From Lobosporangium transversale (lineage: Eukaryota): 64,000 nucleotides of DNA. Numbering within the stretch: the stretch's first letter is position 1; every line of letters starts with the position of its first letter. The notes under the pieces are model-generated. The model saw nothing but the letters and a program-made list of their open reading frames with translations. It ran no database searches and was not told the DNA's origin. This document shows positions 1 to 13,100 of this stretch, in pieces. The stretch spans positions 1 through 64,000 of the forward strand of contig NW_019028997.1 of NCBI RefSeq assembly GCF_002105155.1, read 5' to 3'. Both the position numbers and the translations under genes were made by a program.

Positions 1-1974
1 GATACAGATTCAGCACAATCAGCTTTTCATCAAGAAATGGCAGGCAATTATATAAGGCGAGCTAGCCTTGCATTACGACTAGATAATGGGTTTACAGATG
101 TGACGCAGGAGTTGGCTAGGTATCGCCAAGCCATCCAGATATTGCTCAATGGTATCAAAGGTGAGTTAAGCGAAGATGTTGAGTTCCGCTGAATCCGTTT
201 CTTAAAGAGAATTAACATTCTATTAGGCAGATTATGTTGACCAACTAATCAAATTATTGATTCGATAATCCAATGTAATTATCATGATCAGTCGATAACG
301 ATCCCACTTCTAAGCAATCAGCGACAGCGCTGGTGAGCGAATATCTTCAGCATGCAGAGGAGCTCGCGGAAGCAGCTGAGCAGCGGAATACCATATATAG
401 CTGCTCTCGCCAATTAGAAACACCACGTTTGGCAACTCAATCATCAGCAGGCAATGCAGGATCGGTTAACGAAGTACGGAGTTTGACTTTGCAAAGATCA
501 AGGCCATCCGATATGGAGCCGATAGAGGACCTCATCGATTCACATGAACGCCTTGGCCATCGGAATCACTCAGAAACATCAAGTGATGCCAGTTTTTCGA
601 GCACTACAAATATTTTAGATGTGTATAGCAATGTTCCTGAAGGTATCGCAGAGATGCATCAAGAACAGGACACTTTAAACGATGAACACCACCGAAACCA
701 TGAGGAGAACCTTGGAACGGGATTTTCGGCTCTGCAAATTAACAGTGACCATGAAGCATCCAGATCTCTTGTAGGGAACTTGACAGGAGTATCAGCAGAT
801 GAATCATCGTCCACTATACCCATTGCTCAATCACCGCAGTATCATGAAGTGTCCACAGTGCCAATTCTTAGTGCGTCGCCTGCAGCCACTAATACATCTT
901 CCGATTCCTTCCCAATTGGCCGCCTCACACGGAACCATCGATCAACAACACCTTCCATTTCATCTTCTAGATCTAATGCAACTGAATCAGTATCGACTCA
1001 GATTCCGGTGACTCGCATTAGATCTGGACCAGAACCGGGGAATGATTTTGATACCCATTCAGATTTACCAAGACACTTCTCTTCATCATTTCCAACATCA
1101 TCCTCGTTTGCAAGTCAAGATAGGGCTCCTTCAAGCCGTGTCCAATCCATGCAGGCACCACAACACTATTATCAGCAGCAATACCAACATTTTTCGCAGC
1201 AGCAATACCAATTACCACCCGCTCAAAATCCGCAATTTAAATGGGAATCCGATCACAAGGCTATCGAATGTAGAGAATGTCATAGGAAATTCTCGCTTTG
1301 GCTAAGAAGACATCACTGCCGCCGATGTGGCCACGTTGTCTGCGATCGCTGCTCCAGCCACCGCTCGATGATGCATCCATCCGAGGTAGTGTTTGATCCT
1401 TCATCAAGCGAGGCGTATCTTTCTCATAAGGCCTCGTTGCAGAGAAACATTCCGCAGAGCTATCGTGTGTGTGACTCTTGCTACACTATTTTGGGATCAG
1501 GTCGATCTACGGGGGCAGCATCAAGCTCTGGTGCTGGATCTGGTAACTTTTCATCCAGTTCGAGCAGTCAACAGCATTATCATCGATCACACAATGGTCA
1601 GTATTCAACGCACAGTGGAATAAGCAACCCATCACAGAATGATAGGAGTTATGGGGTATACCTGCCTAGCTCTTCTGGCTATGCACCTGATCGGTCACAC
1701 CCTTCCTCGAGGAGCTCTAGCTCATCAAACCTCCATCCAGCGCCGATGGTTCGTAGCGCTAGTTCTGGCTCGCTCATGAGCGAGTGTCCTGTTTGTGGAG
1801 CTATCCTTGCTGGTTTAGAAGGCGGCAAGGCAGCACAAGAAGCCCATGTGCAAGATTGTTTAGAGGGCAAGTCAGGTCCAGGAAATGGACCTGTACGCTA
1901 TATCGGTAAGAAAACTATTTTGACGATATGCTGAGTACTAATTTGTTCACATGCTTAATTGCTAACTGGATATT

Positions 1975-2012
<38 letters not shown>

Positions 2013-2261
2013 ATAAACTTGCAGCAGACTCACCGTTGATAGATCAAGAATGTGCCATCTGCTTTGAAGAGTTTGTGGCAGGTAATAAAAAAAGAATTCT
2101 GCCTTTTTTAAAAATTTCACAGCATTTATTCTAACTGAAGGTGATTTGTAAATCTTGTAGGTCGAACCGTTGCACGGCTGAATTGTCTGTGCACATACCA
2201 TCGTCATTGCATCCACAGTTGGCTACAGCATGGCAATTCGTGCCCTGTGCATTATCGTTAA
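1..2261 (+). CDS. Pib1-like FYVE/RING E3 ubiquitin ligase with a putative N-terminal MIT-like domain (4 exons seen; frame open at window edge)
   Basis: Exons ~1-160, 292-1905, 2010-2081 and 2161-2261 join in frame through GT-AG introns. FYVE: WESD..CREC..RRHHCRRCG..CDRC..RVCDSC. Zn-knuckle: CPVC..HVQDC. C-terminal RING-H2: CAICFEEF..CLCTYHRHCI..W..CPVH, TAA at 2259-2261. First ATG is at 37, but the frame is open from base 1. Confidence 0.85.
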
Positions 2262-2553
2262 CCATCTACCACTTGATAATAGGAACCATAAAATAAAAAA
2301 AATAAAAAAAAATATGAAAATAAAAAATCAATAAAGGCACCCATTCATCTGCAAAAACGCACTCTATTTCAATCCCTCAAAGACAAATAGTCCGGATTCA
2401 GAAAAATAAAATTTGACTTGTACGTGTTCGATGTACTGCTTGTACGTGTGTTAATGATCTTCCCCTTTTTTTCATTATCTTTCATCATCATTCATCTCTC
2501 ACTTCCTCTTATTCCCTCATTAATTCTTTTTTCTTCTTTGCTTCATTCATAAC

Positions 2554-3510
2554 ATGTCTCTCTCCCACGGTCAGGAAATCGAATACAAGGAGGCTTTCGC
2601 TCTGTTCGACCCCACTAATTCGGGTGTCATCCAGCCAAAGGCCTTTTCCGACTTTATTGCTGTATGTTTGGTATCCACTCAACTCCTCTGTTCCTTACAA
2701 ACACATGCACTCTCCTTCACACTCACGTACTTTCACCCCTTATTGTATGCTTTGTTTTGTGCAGTCTGTTTTCCTTTATCAAATGATTCATCGCCTCTGC
2801 TCTCTTCGACAAATTCTTCACTACCAGAACTTGCAATTTTTTTTTCTTCATATTTCCTTCTTGAATCTTCAGATTTCATTTTATTCCTCCATTGAGACCG
2901 TTCCGTTTGGTTCTTTACGATGTCTTTGCTACAAGTTTTTTCATGTGGAGAATCTGTCCATCATCTCCATAGTTTTGCAGTAGAGAGTGATTGCTAATGT
3001 AATACTGTCCAAAAAAATTCTTGTAGACCTGACTTTTTATCTTTCTCTTTCATATTATTATACCAAACAATAAGCTCCTCAACGACCCCGAGTTGACTAA
3101 GAATGTCAAGATCCCCACCCAGCCCATGGACTACAAGACTTTCGTTGCTTTGATGGCAAAGAACCACAAGGGTGCAGAGACTTCTGATGATGCCTATGGT
3201 GCTCTCTTCAGAAACATCAACAAAGATGGCTCTGGTAACATCTCTGCCGCTGAACTCCGCGCTGCTCTTCAGCACTTTGGCAACAGCTCTTTGTCTGAGG
3301 TAAAATACTCATGAAAATAAAAAGATGAGGATAAAAAAGAATTTGCTAGGAAATTAAGCTTTTCTTCTTTTTTTATGGCTTAAATAGGCTGATGTTGACG
3401 AGATTGTTCATGAGGCTGATGTCTCTGGTGATGGTCGAATCACTTTGGAGGAATTCTTGAAGATCATGCAGAAGTCTGAGAAGAAGCTCCGCGGTGAGCA
3501 TGTTTTGTAA
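2554..3510 (+). CDS. Calmodulin-like EF-hand protein (divergent)
   Basis: Exons 2554-2661, 3075-3299 and 3388-~3510 give EYKEAFALFD..., NKDGSGNISAAELR and EADVSGDGRITLEEF. The 3' end is uncertain because of a possible donor GTGAGC at 3494. Confidence 0.8.
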
Positions 3511-3931
3511 ACAACTTACGCCCCTTCTTCCTCACTTCCTCCCTCTCCCATTCTCTTCCTCATTAACTCTAGCGATGCCTTTCATGCTTTTTGTCAGCAT
3601 CGAGCGTTGTATTTCCAATAAACAAATAATAATATTAACCCATAGACAAACAGAGTCTGTGCCATTATTTTTTTGAGAATCAAGACGCACAGGATTGAAC
3701 AGTGGCGTCTTAGAATCCAAGTCATTTGTACCTCTCCACCCCCCTTTATTTCATTCGTTTTTTACCTCTTTCCTTCTCTACTTCAAGACGTGCAAAAAAA
3801 CAAAAACTTTAGCTTGTTTAATCTCCTATCTACCCAGCATATCCTAGTCCAAGGCTTAAGAGTTTGCTTTTGCTTACCACGCATAGCAAGAAGAAGAAGT
3901 GTTTTTTTACTCTTATCATACACATAAACTC

Positions 3932-4796
3932 ATGGACCAAGCTGTGGAGAATGCAACCGACAAATTGGAAGTGTACCGGCATCTCATTAGTCAAAACACA
4001 CCCATCCTTGAATGGCGCTATGAACAACGGCGAGAGATGCAAGAAATCTTACCAGCCATCTATCTAGGACCTTATTCTGCCACACGTAATCTGGAGGATC
4101 TAAAGCGAGCAGGGATCACACACATCATTTCACTGTGGGATGTGTCTGAATCCAAAATCCTCAAAATCCATCACCCTGATCATTTCAAATATCTTCAACT
4201 TGAAATCTCGGATGCAGCAACACAAAACCTCATCACATTATTCCCCTCTGTCAAACAGTTTATTGACCAAGCTATCCTACACGAGAATGGAAAAGTATTA
4301 GTCAATTGTATGAGCGGAATCTCAAGGTCACCAGCATTCGTTGTTGCCTATCTGATGGAGGCTACGGGCATGGAGTATGAGGTTGTTTATCGATTTGTTC
4401 AGAACAAACGCTTCTGTATGAATCCTAACCCTGGGTTCAGACATCAGCTTGAGGTAAAAAAAAAAAAAAAAAAAAACTATAGGACGAACACCTTTTGTAA
4501 ATACTGAATTGTCTTTCTCTTTCTTTTTTCTTTTATCATTTTCAGGAATATGGCCCCATTTATACTGCCGTAAAGGCAGTGGCCTCGCATCCGGTGGAGC
4601 AGAGGACATCAGTTCGACGGTCAGCACCTGAAGACGATGATGATACTGAAGAGATGTATGTCATTTAAAAAAAAAAAAGTAAAAAATAAAAATGTCTCTA
4701 GAGAAAAATATATTCTAGGGCGAATGAAGTATCTTACTGCTTTATTAACCTTTATTTTATATTTTTAGGGAACGACTGGCACCCCGTTTCCGATGA
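3932..4796 (+). CDS. STYX-family dual-specificity phosphatase with an intact catalytic Cys
   Basis: Exons 3932-4453, 4546-4655 and 4769-4796. Motifs EWRYEQRREMQEILPAIYLGPYS, GITHII, GKVLVNCMSGISRS, AYLM and RFCMNPNPGFRHQL/EEY follow the STYX pattern. Confidence 0.85.
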
Positions 4797-5736
4797 ATAG
4801 GGCAATACTCCTGGCATATAACGAAGAAAAATAAAAATAAAAAAAGAGGCAAACATTCTAAGCATACTCCTGCCTCTAAAACCCGAATTTCAAATGTACA
4901 ACAGTCGAGTTGAGTGATAGCGTGTTGATAATGCAATAAAAATAAAAGTCAAGGTTATCAACTAGTCATTACAAAGAACTTGAAGAACTTGTCACCTTAT
5001 ATTAAACTTTATTTATTTGTATAATATAAATAGAACACGAGAACATGGGTGAGTTGCCTCCACTGTCGAAGCTAGGCAGTTTTTGACTCAATAATATATC
5101 ATGAGCGATGATACACCCTGTAGTGTTACTATCCTTGGTGTTTTCATTATTGAATAGGCGTGAAGACAGAACGTCTGTAGATTCGTCATCACGACCCATT
5201 TTTGACCGTGATAGTGTAAGCACAGCACAATAGATTTTGAGAGGATGCTCTCCTTCACAACTATGAATGACAACGCCACGGTCTCCGTCTCGTCGTTAAT
5301 TTCACCGTTGCTGAAGGCCCTACTCTAGTTATTTCCTAGTTAAATAGTGTAGTTGAGAATCACAGAGTGTGGATTATCAGGTTTGGTTAAATGTCCGTCA
5401 GAGTTGACGTCCTGGTCATTTGGATTTTTTTATCGATCAAAGAGAGGCAGAGGAGGGGCTCCCTTCATCACCACTCAATGATAGTGCTACTTCATTTACT
5501 TTTATACAGCTATAAACTGTGGAAGAGGGGCAGAGGTAATATTAGCATATTCCCTAGGACAACAATCTGAAGTATGTAGAGTATTCTTCTCCTGAGGTAC
5601 TTCATACCTCTATCACTGGATAAGTTTCTAAAGGATACCTTCGGAGGGACGAGGTATCCATGATATCAAGTTTTGGACCCTCAAGGTTTGTCACAGATGG
5701 TTACCTGTACCAAATACCACGGTGCCGAGCAGTATA

Positions 5737-5800
5737 GCTGATCTGAGCTGATCTGAGCTGAACTGATCTGATCTGAGCTGAGCTGAGCTAAGCTGACCTG
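5737..5800. repeat. Imperfect pentamer tandem repeat (AGCTG/ATCTG/AACTG)n
   Basis: The sequence reads agctg atctg agctg atctg agctg aactg atctg atctg agctg agctg agcta agctg acctg. Confidence 0.85.
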
Positions 5801-7044
5801 GGATCTAGTGCAGAGTTGAACACTGAGCTGTCCAGATCAATGGTTCTCGATAGTAGAAGGATGAACATCGCCCAAATAATCATCGGGTTGACATGCGCCT
5901 AGGCGCCGTACATGTTCCGTTCTGGCGACACAGTCACTGGGACGAAAGAGTTGTTTTCGGAGATGCCTTGACAACCCTGTTGACGGAGTGAAGTTTTTTG
6001 GACGATGACCTGTGACCAAGTAGGTTTAATATTGGTATCGTGAGGTTCGCGAGGAATAACATAATATTGAAAAGATGGGTGGTTGAATCGAGCAGAGATG
6101 CTGTTCTTGAAATGTATTACAAAGCCGGCCACTTCCAGCTACTGTGACAATAAAATACTTCGAGACACACAAAATAAATGCACACAAACAGAAAAGACTG
6201 GACCAGAACAGTCGGTATTCAAATAGTCCTATGAACAAAAGAAGGAACATGGAACCAAAGACTCCTACGCTTCTTCTCTTTTGAGATTGGTGGCAAACGC
6301 TCCACGTGACCATAGTAAATCGATAAAGTCGAAGAATGTTCAGAATGCCCTATGATGAAGATGGTGATGGTTTACAGATGCGAAGATAAGGGTAGGGGGC
6401 TAGAGTGGCTTCTTGCATTTGTTAATTCGCAAGCTATGCGTTTACCACATGGAGTAAATATTCATTTCATGATAATGGGTAGATGATAACTGCGAAATCT
6501 AACCATCTTGCTTCTCACTATGCAGCAATGACAGAAGAAAGGGAACATTTTTTTCTTACAGCGATGATTGTAACAGGTTGATGAACGACCCTGCTCCAGG
6601 CAATCCAGCGAAGCAATTGAAGATATATATTATTTTCTACAAAGCATCTTGGATTCTATTTCTAACGAAACGATTTGCGATCCATTTTTAAGAATGTGCA
6701 AGTATAAATTCAGCCAATGGGGTTTGGATTTCTGAATCTGATATTTCCGTTGTCCAGCTGGATCGTCTGGATGTCGTACAATTTTTTTAAATAAAATAGA
6801 TTAACTTTAAGGGGTATTAACCTCGAAACCCTCACATCTCAGATAAGGATGAATTAATGACCAATGGCAACATGGTCTTTTTGTGTCATCTTTCGAAATG
6901 TACAACAGGCGCTCAGTTTGATATTATAATGACCTCCCTCCTCCTTTTCACGTCCTTGCATCTTGCCTCCATTGCATAATTTGACATCTTTATTATTTAA
7001 ACAATTGTCTTCAAAGTATGCACGCACAGCATAGTTAGCATAAT

Positions 7045-7088
7045 TAGCATATTCAACATATTCAACATATTCAGCATATTCAGCATAT
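7045..7088. repeat. Short 9-mer tandem repeat (CA(A/G)CATATT) upstream of the UNC80-like ATG
   Basis: The sequence reads tagcatatt caacatatt caacatatt cagcatatt cagcatat. Confidence 0.7.
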
Positions 7089-7139
7089 ATTTACATTTAG
7101 CTTGTTCGGCAGTTTCAACCCTCATTTACTACAGAACAC

Positions 7140-10100
7140 ATGGCAGCTCCACAGGAGAATCATTCCAGTCATTCTCGTCATGTTCAGCTGTACTCGGATA
7201 GCTTTAGTCACTACCATGACGACACTGGAATATCTCAGGCTGCTCCTATTGAAAACCAGTCAATCATTAATTGTTGTGAGAACTCTAAAAATTGTACGAG
7301 AAGCCCAGTAATAACTACTCAAACAACTACCTTTACACCTACACCTACACTTACACCTACACCTACACCTACACCTACACCTACACCTACACCTACACCT
7401 AGACCGACGTCTTCATCGTCAACTTTATCCTCGACCATCATGTCTTTACCAATAGGCTCAATGACTACGTCTAAAGACTCTGCAGCCGCCACCGCCACTT
7501 CTAATATGACTACCAGGGGGCCAGAGCCAGCAAGAGTCGTAGATAGAAACTGGGCTCGAGTCCGGCAAAAGATGATCGGGAACGACAGTATTGCTCATAT
7601 TCACTTATCCTCTCCACTCGCTGGACCAAGTTCTTCCACTTACACAAGGTTAGGTCTCACAGAGTCGATAGACAACAGCAACATAAACAACTCTAACAAT
7701 CGTAGTTTGACTAAACCAGATGCCATTCACAGGTCCCAATCACCATTAGGCAACCCACTAAAGCTTGCTATTATTAATGGAAATGCTACAGAAGCACCCA
7801 CCAGGGCTTCTCTCCCTCCAATGACAACTGACAACTCCGGAGCTGGTGGAACAGTGTCGACGGGAATACGAGGCGTACTTGGTTTCAGGACCGTGGTAAT
7901 GCAACGAACGCAGCTTCGGAAGATGGAGAAAGAGATAGAAAAAGCTTTGGCGAGACATGCTAATGATCAAATCCAGCCACGATCCCGATCAGTGGCAAGG
8001 ATAGGCGCAGGCACCCGTGGAATGATCCCAGGAGCATCATATAGCCTAATGGTGGAGCCTAGTTCAGTTGATAGAGCTTTCATAGAAGATATGATCGATA
8101 TCCTAAATCGATGGAAGAGCCTCACAGTAGAGATACCTTTCAAACCTGAAATCCTAAAGACTATGTCCAAGATGTTGCGGACAGATCGTTCAGAGCCTAT
8201 GCCACGTAAGTAGCTTCACTAACTTGGCTTCAGTTTTAAAAGACGTATATATACATTATTGGACATGGCGAGAAAGAGTATAGTTAAACTGAGGACAGCA
8301 TTGACCTTTCTCAATTAATTTTGTGACCCTTATCCAACAAATCCTCTACAGATACTGATGCAGCTGCAGTCCTGAACCTGTTTGATCTGATGCGCCAAGT
8401 ATATCCCTTAAAAAGCGATCCAGAGGACTTACAAGATCTGCTTTGGAGCATTAATCTTCTGTCGCCTCTTTATGCTTGTAATAAGGTATGTGATCGCATG
8501 TGTTCGTGGACCTTTTATATTGATTTTTGAAAAATACTGGCTAAAGACGATCTAATGAGAAAACCTTTTTTATGAATCAACTCATCATACTAAGAATCGA
8601 GTCATTGAGACCATTCGCGATCTACTCTGCCCAAATGCCCTGACGGCTACAGTACCATTAATACCCAAGAACATCCAGGCAATGCTTGGTTTAATTTCGA
8701 AACTTCTAAGTGAGCTAGCCAAGCTACCTCAGTATTCAAAGGATCACCGTATTCAAGTTTTTTTAACGGAGATTTTGGAGAGGATACGCATTGGCGACCT
8801 GGGAATTAAAAGTGAAACATCTAACATAGATCGATCCGTACAAGAGTACCGCGCTCGGGTCACCTTTTTACAGTGTCTGATAGAATGCATGCGGTTTTCA
8901 GATCAAAATGCAACTCGCTTCTTGATCTGCAACATGATACCAGTAAGCACACTGAGGGCTAACATTTTAGCTATTTTTTTAGTAAATATGAGAAGCTTAA
9001 TCACCCAATTTATTTTTCTTTATCTCTTCCCGTTGTCTTGCTCCTGTGCAGCACTACTGGGTGGAGTCAGACCCTCAATACCCAATAACAATTGATGGGC
9101 CTGTTGCAGCTTTTGGACAGGTTGCAAGCGCATTGGTTTTAGGAGAACCTGTATCATACACTGATGGAGCTGAGGATACCAGATCAATTATTTTGGATTT
9201 GACACTGTTTCTTAAAGAGTTCCTCCCACCAGCGAGTCTGTCCGGGGTTATCAACAAAGACACAGCCACAAGTCTTGTAAAATTCATTTTAATGATATTC
9301 TCTGTTGAATATCCGGGAATTCAGCAACAGCAGGATCGGATGCCGGTCGAATATCATGAAGCACAAGCATCCGGCATAAGTAGAGATGATCAAGATGGCA
9401 CACCACGCGGGTCTTTATCAACAGATGGCGATAGAGAGAATGTATTAAGGACACCACCTCGATCACCCCTCAGCCCTGATGTCAGTGGAGAAACCTTTCA
9501 GGCTAGAACATTGTCTCCACATGCTCTCGATCTCCTTTCTGATGAACAAGCAAACCTAGTTTTGCAACATGCAAGGGCATACTTTGACGATCTGTGGGCC
9601 AGTGGATACCAAGATGCAATCATCGAACAACTCAAAATAGAAGTAAAGACGCTCTCTGCCTGTAGTTGTTTGAGCGCTCATTGAAGTTGAATATCACTGT
9701 CATTAACCTTGGTGCATTCCCTCGTTCATTCAGGTTAAAAACGTTTCCTTTCGACGTCTTACGAATTTGTATTATCGAGCAATTATTGGGTCCGGCATCG
9801 CAAGAGGCAATCTAATACTGATAGCAACTCTCAGTACATTTTTTAATGTAAGTGTATTTGGGGTAATCACTTTTTGTTCGTCATCCATGGGATCCTCTGC
9901 GCTAACCTTGAAATATGCACGAATCGACCAACAAAAAAAAAAAAAAAAAAAAAATAGAAACTTGTTTTCCATCAGCCAGAACCAAATGAAAGGTTGTCAA
10001 AGTTGTTACTTCAACTTTCAGTATTGCACAGGCCTACGTTCTACAAACCGATGATCGCGTGTGTAGCCTCGGATTCAACCCAATTTGTTACAGAATACCT

Positions 10101-13100
10101 TTGTGTTCTTTCTTGCCTGGAAATGCATATGAATTTAGTGGACCTCTTTTTAAGAGATGCAGATATGATATGCGTGATTGCCATGACGGACGTAGGGCAT
10201 GAACGGCCGAAAATTGACTCACAAAATCAAATGATGAAATGGGGGTCCTGCACTGTTGGTCAGTGTATTATTGTCTTGGAATTCATCTATGCAATTAAGA
10301 AGCTGGCCCGTAGTGGAGATAAACATCAAGTGGAGATTGGCAAGATGTTTCTGATTGACCTTGAGAGGAAATTGGGCATGTACCTTGTATCAAAAGTAAT
10401 TACTTCTATCCCTTGTGCTTTTATCCATGGAGTAGAGAAAAGAAAACCATCAAAAATAATTATGACTTTAATAATCTATATTTAATTTAATCGTTGACCT
10501 TCAGGAAAAGAAAATATTGGTACCGAGACCCATGCGGGTGATGCTCTGCCTAATATTTTATGAAATCCGTATGCTATGTAAAACGATTCACAGGTATGTT
10601 CTTATGACTTGTTCGGATGAATTTTGTTTTATTAACCCATTTGCACATCCTATCACATAACTGATCAAAATTACTGTTGCTGATAGACCCGGCTGGTTAC
10701 CTCGCGTATTGGATTGGGCTATCAACTACAATGTTCATGGCGCCGGGAACTCGGAGAGTGGCTCACTTGGGATCTCAGAAACGATGCGTCTCCGCATCAA
10801 GCACATCTATAGCAGCGTTGACAGCATAGTAGGCGAGGTATAGAAAAAAAAGAGTAACAGGCACTACCTTAAGCCTTGTCCATAATACCATATCTGTATC
10901 CACAAAATTAATTAAACGATAATCCTTCCATACTTTATGGCTTTTAGCGCAATGACCGATGCTCAGCCCGTATCAGTGGCGCCAATTTCAGGAAAAGCAG
11001 GATACCTACAGACCATAGTCCATTGATGGACTTTACCGCAGCCATGGAAAGACATACTGAGCTGAAGGCGGCGTACTCTCATCCAAAGAGACTTAAACGG
11101 ATGTCAGATATCAAAATGGATGAGGCTGTGGCTACCTTGAAACTTTTGGTTACAGTTCATTCAGTCATTCATGTCAACGAATATCTACAGCTGGTTGAGC
11201 CACTATGGGATACTTATTGCCTTGAGTCTCGCCCAAAGGCGGCAGCATCCGCTGTATTTCTGTTTGTAAAATGTGCTGACATAGCGCCTAAAACCATTTA
11301 TACCCTTATCTCGCGCGACCTTATAAAGTAAGTTTATATGGACATGGTAGATTTACCTGCAAGCCAGAAAAACTATGCTCTCTTTTAACGGATCTTATTA
11401 ACGATCATTCGACTTTTCTTTTTTAAACTGTTAATAGTGAGAACCCATTTAGAAGACTATCAGCTGTCGAAAGGTTGAGTGGCATTTTTGATTATCGAAA
11501 CGAATTGCTAATGCAACCATTCGTTATCGATCCGTCTGCTCGAGGTCCATTTCAAACTGCTAATATCCAGGTTCCATTCATGAGTTCAGAGATCGGGAGC
11601 AATCGTTACACGATGGATGAGCCACGTTGGCTTACAGAACTGAAGAGTGTCGGCAACTTCCCTATCGATATCCGAATCCAATTTGAAGAACTTGGATGGG
11701 GCGAAAAAGGTCGAGTCGAACGTGAGATGATGCAGCGTGTACAAACGCCTTTAATGCTTCTGTGGACGGGGTACCTGGATGAAGACTCCGAATCCAAATC
11801 AAACTTTGGACGGACATTCACTGTGCTTCCCAAGGACAGACACGCGACGGTCATGATCCCAGTCCTCAATTTACTCAATATTATGACCGTCGATCTCCTA
11901 GACGATGAAATGGTTGGCGTCCGTTCTGCATCCATCAGGTTTTTGTCCAGTTACATCCGAAATGAGCCTGTATTATTTGTCCGATGGCTTTTTGCAGAAA
12001 TTGTGCGGGCAAGGCCGGATCGATTGAAAGATTTAATCCATCGAGTTCATTTATTATTGAGTGCCTGCTCAAAATTACCTCCAGGCTTTGCGTTTGCGAT
12101 TTTCAACCACATCCTCGGAATAATGAAGTGGTATCAAAGGAGTTCCAAGCCACGCGGTATGGAAATAATGCTTGTGATGCTCCCGTTGCTAGCCGATGTT
12201 GTCTCTTCTACCAACGATATCGTCTACAAGGATTTCAAGCGAAGCAAAGTTGACATCTTCTTTTCTAATATGGGACGCTTTTGGTTTCGATCCAATATCC
12301 TTCCTGAAAGTATGTTTCCGCACCAACTCTCTAATCCCAACAATATTCTGCCACGGCTATGCATACCTTATCAGCTTTTTCAAATGGCGGTCATCAATAT
12401 CAATCAAATTCAATTCATGACAAGCTTCCTTGTTCGTTTCCCGACTGAAATTCAGGATATAAAGAACAATATTGGCCGATTCAATAAAATGCCACGACTC
12501 ATTACACCACAAGGGCCTGTAGGACACAAGCTCGAGGACAATCAATATATTCCAGATGCTACTAGTGAAAGTACATACGTTATAAAACATACGTCACATG
12601 GAGATCGATATCTTTGTAATCTATCAGCCCTTCGTGCCCGAGCCTGGCTCTGTTTTGTCCTCAACTTAATCCAGCGCATGGAAAAGAATAGTTCTGAACG
12701 ATTGGAGCTCATGAACATTTTCAACGGAGTCAATGTAATTCTATTGGACCATGGCAAAGATCTTGGGATTGTGGGCCAGGCACTAGATGTGTATGTGACT
12801 GCAGTGACTCGCTTAAGACGGTTCTTTGCCTCGAAGAATGGATATAAGCTGTTTTTCCCTGCCTTGTTCAAGATTTATTGTGACTCAGAACCAATACCTA
12901 TGGTACGGGACACAATCGACGCAGCATTTTATCGATTTTATCAGCTCCATCAAGAAGCATTTGTTCTACAAAGCCTTGGAGCAATTGTCCCTCTGATGCT
13001 ACGCAAAATGACTAAAGGACAATCCGGTATTATGCTTAGGTCATTAATCACCTTCCTGGAGGCCCTAGACCGGCCGAGAACCACGTACTATTCAAAGGGC

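Noticed and set aside
5737..5800. CRISPR-like or telomeric array
   Set aside because: It is a simple pentamer microsatellite without spacers, in a eukaryotic interstitial context.
7140..11331. Treating the ORFs upstream of 11475 as separate genes
   Set aside because: They are separated by short GT-AG introns, and the 2031-aa ORF lacks its own ATG start and follows a splice acceptor, so a single gene is more likely.
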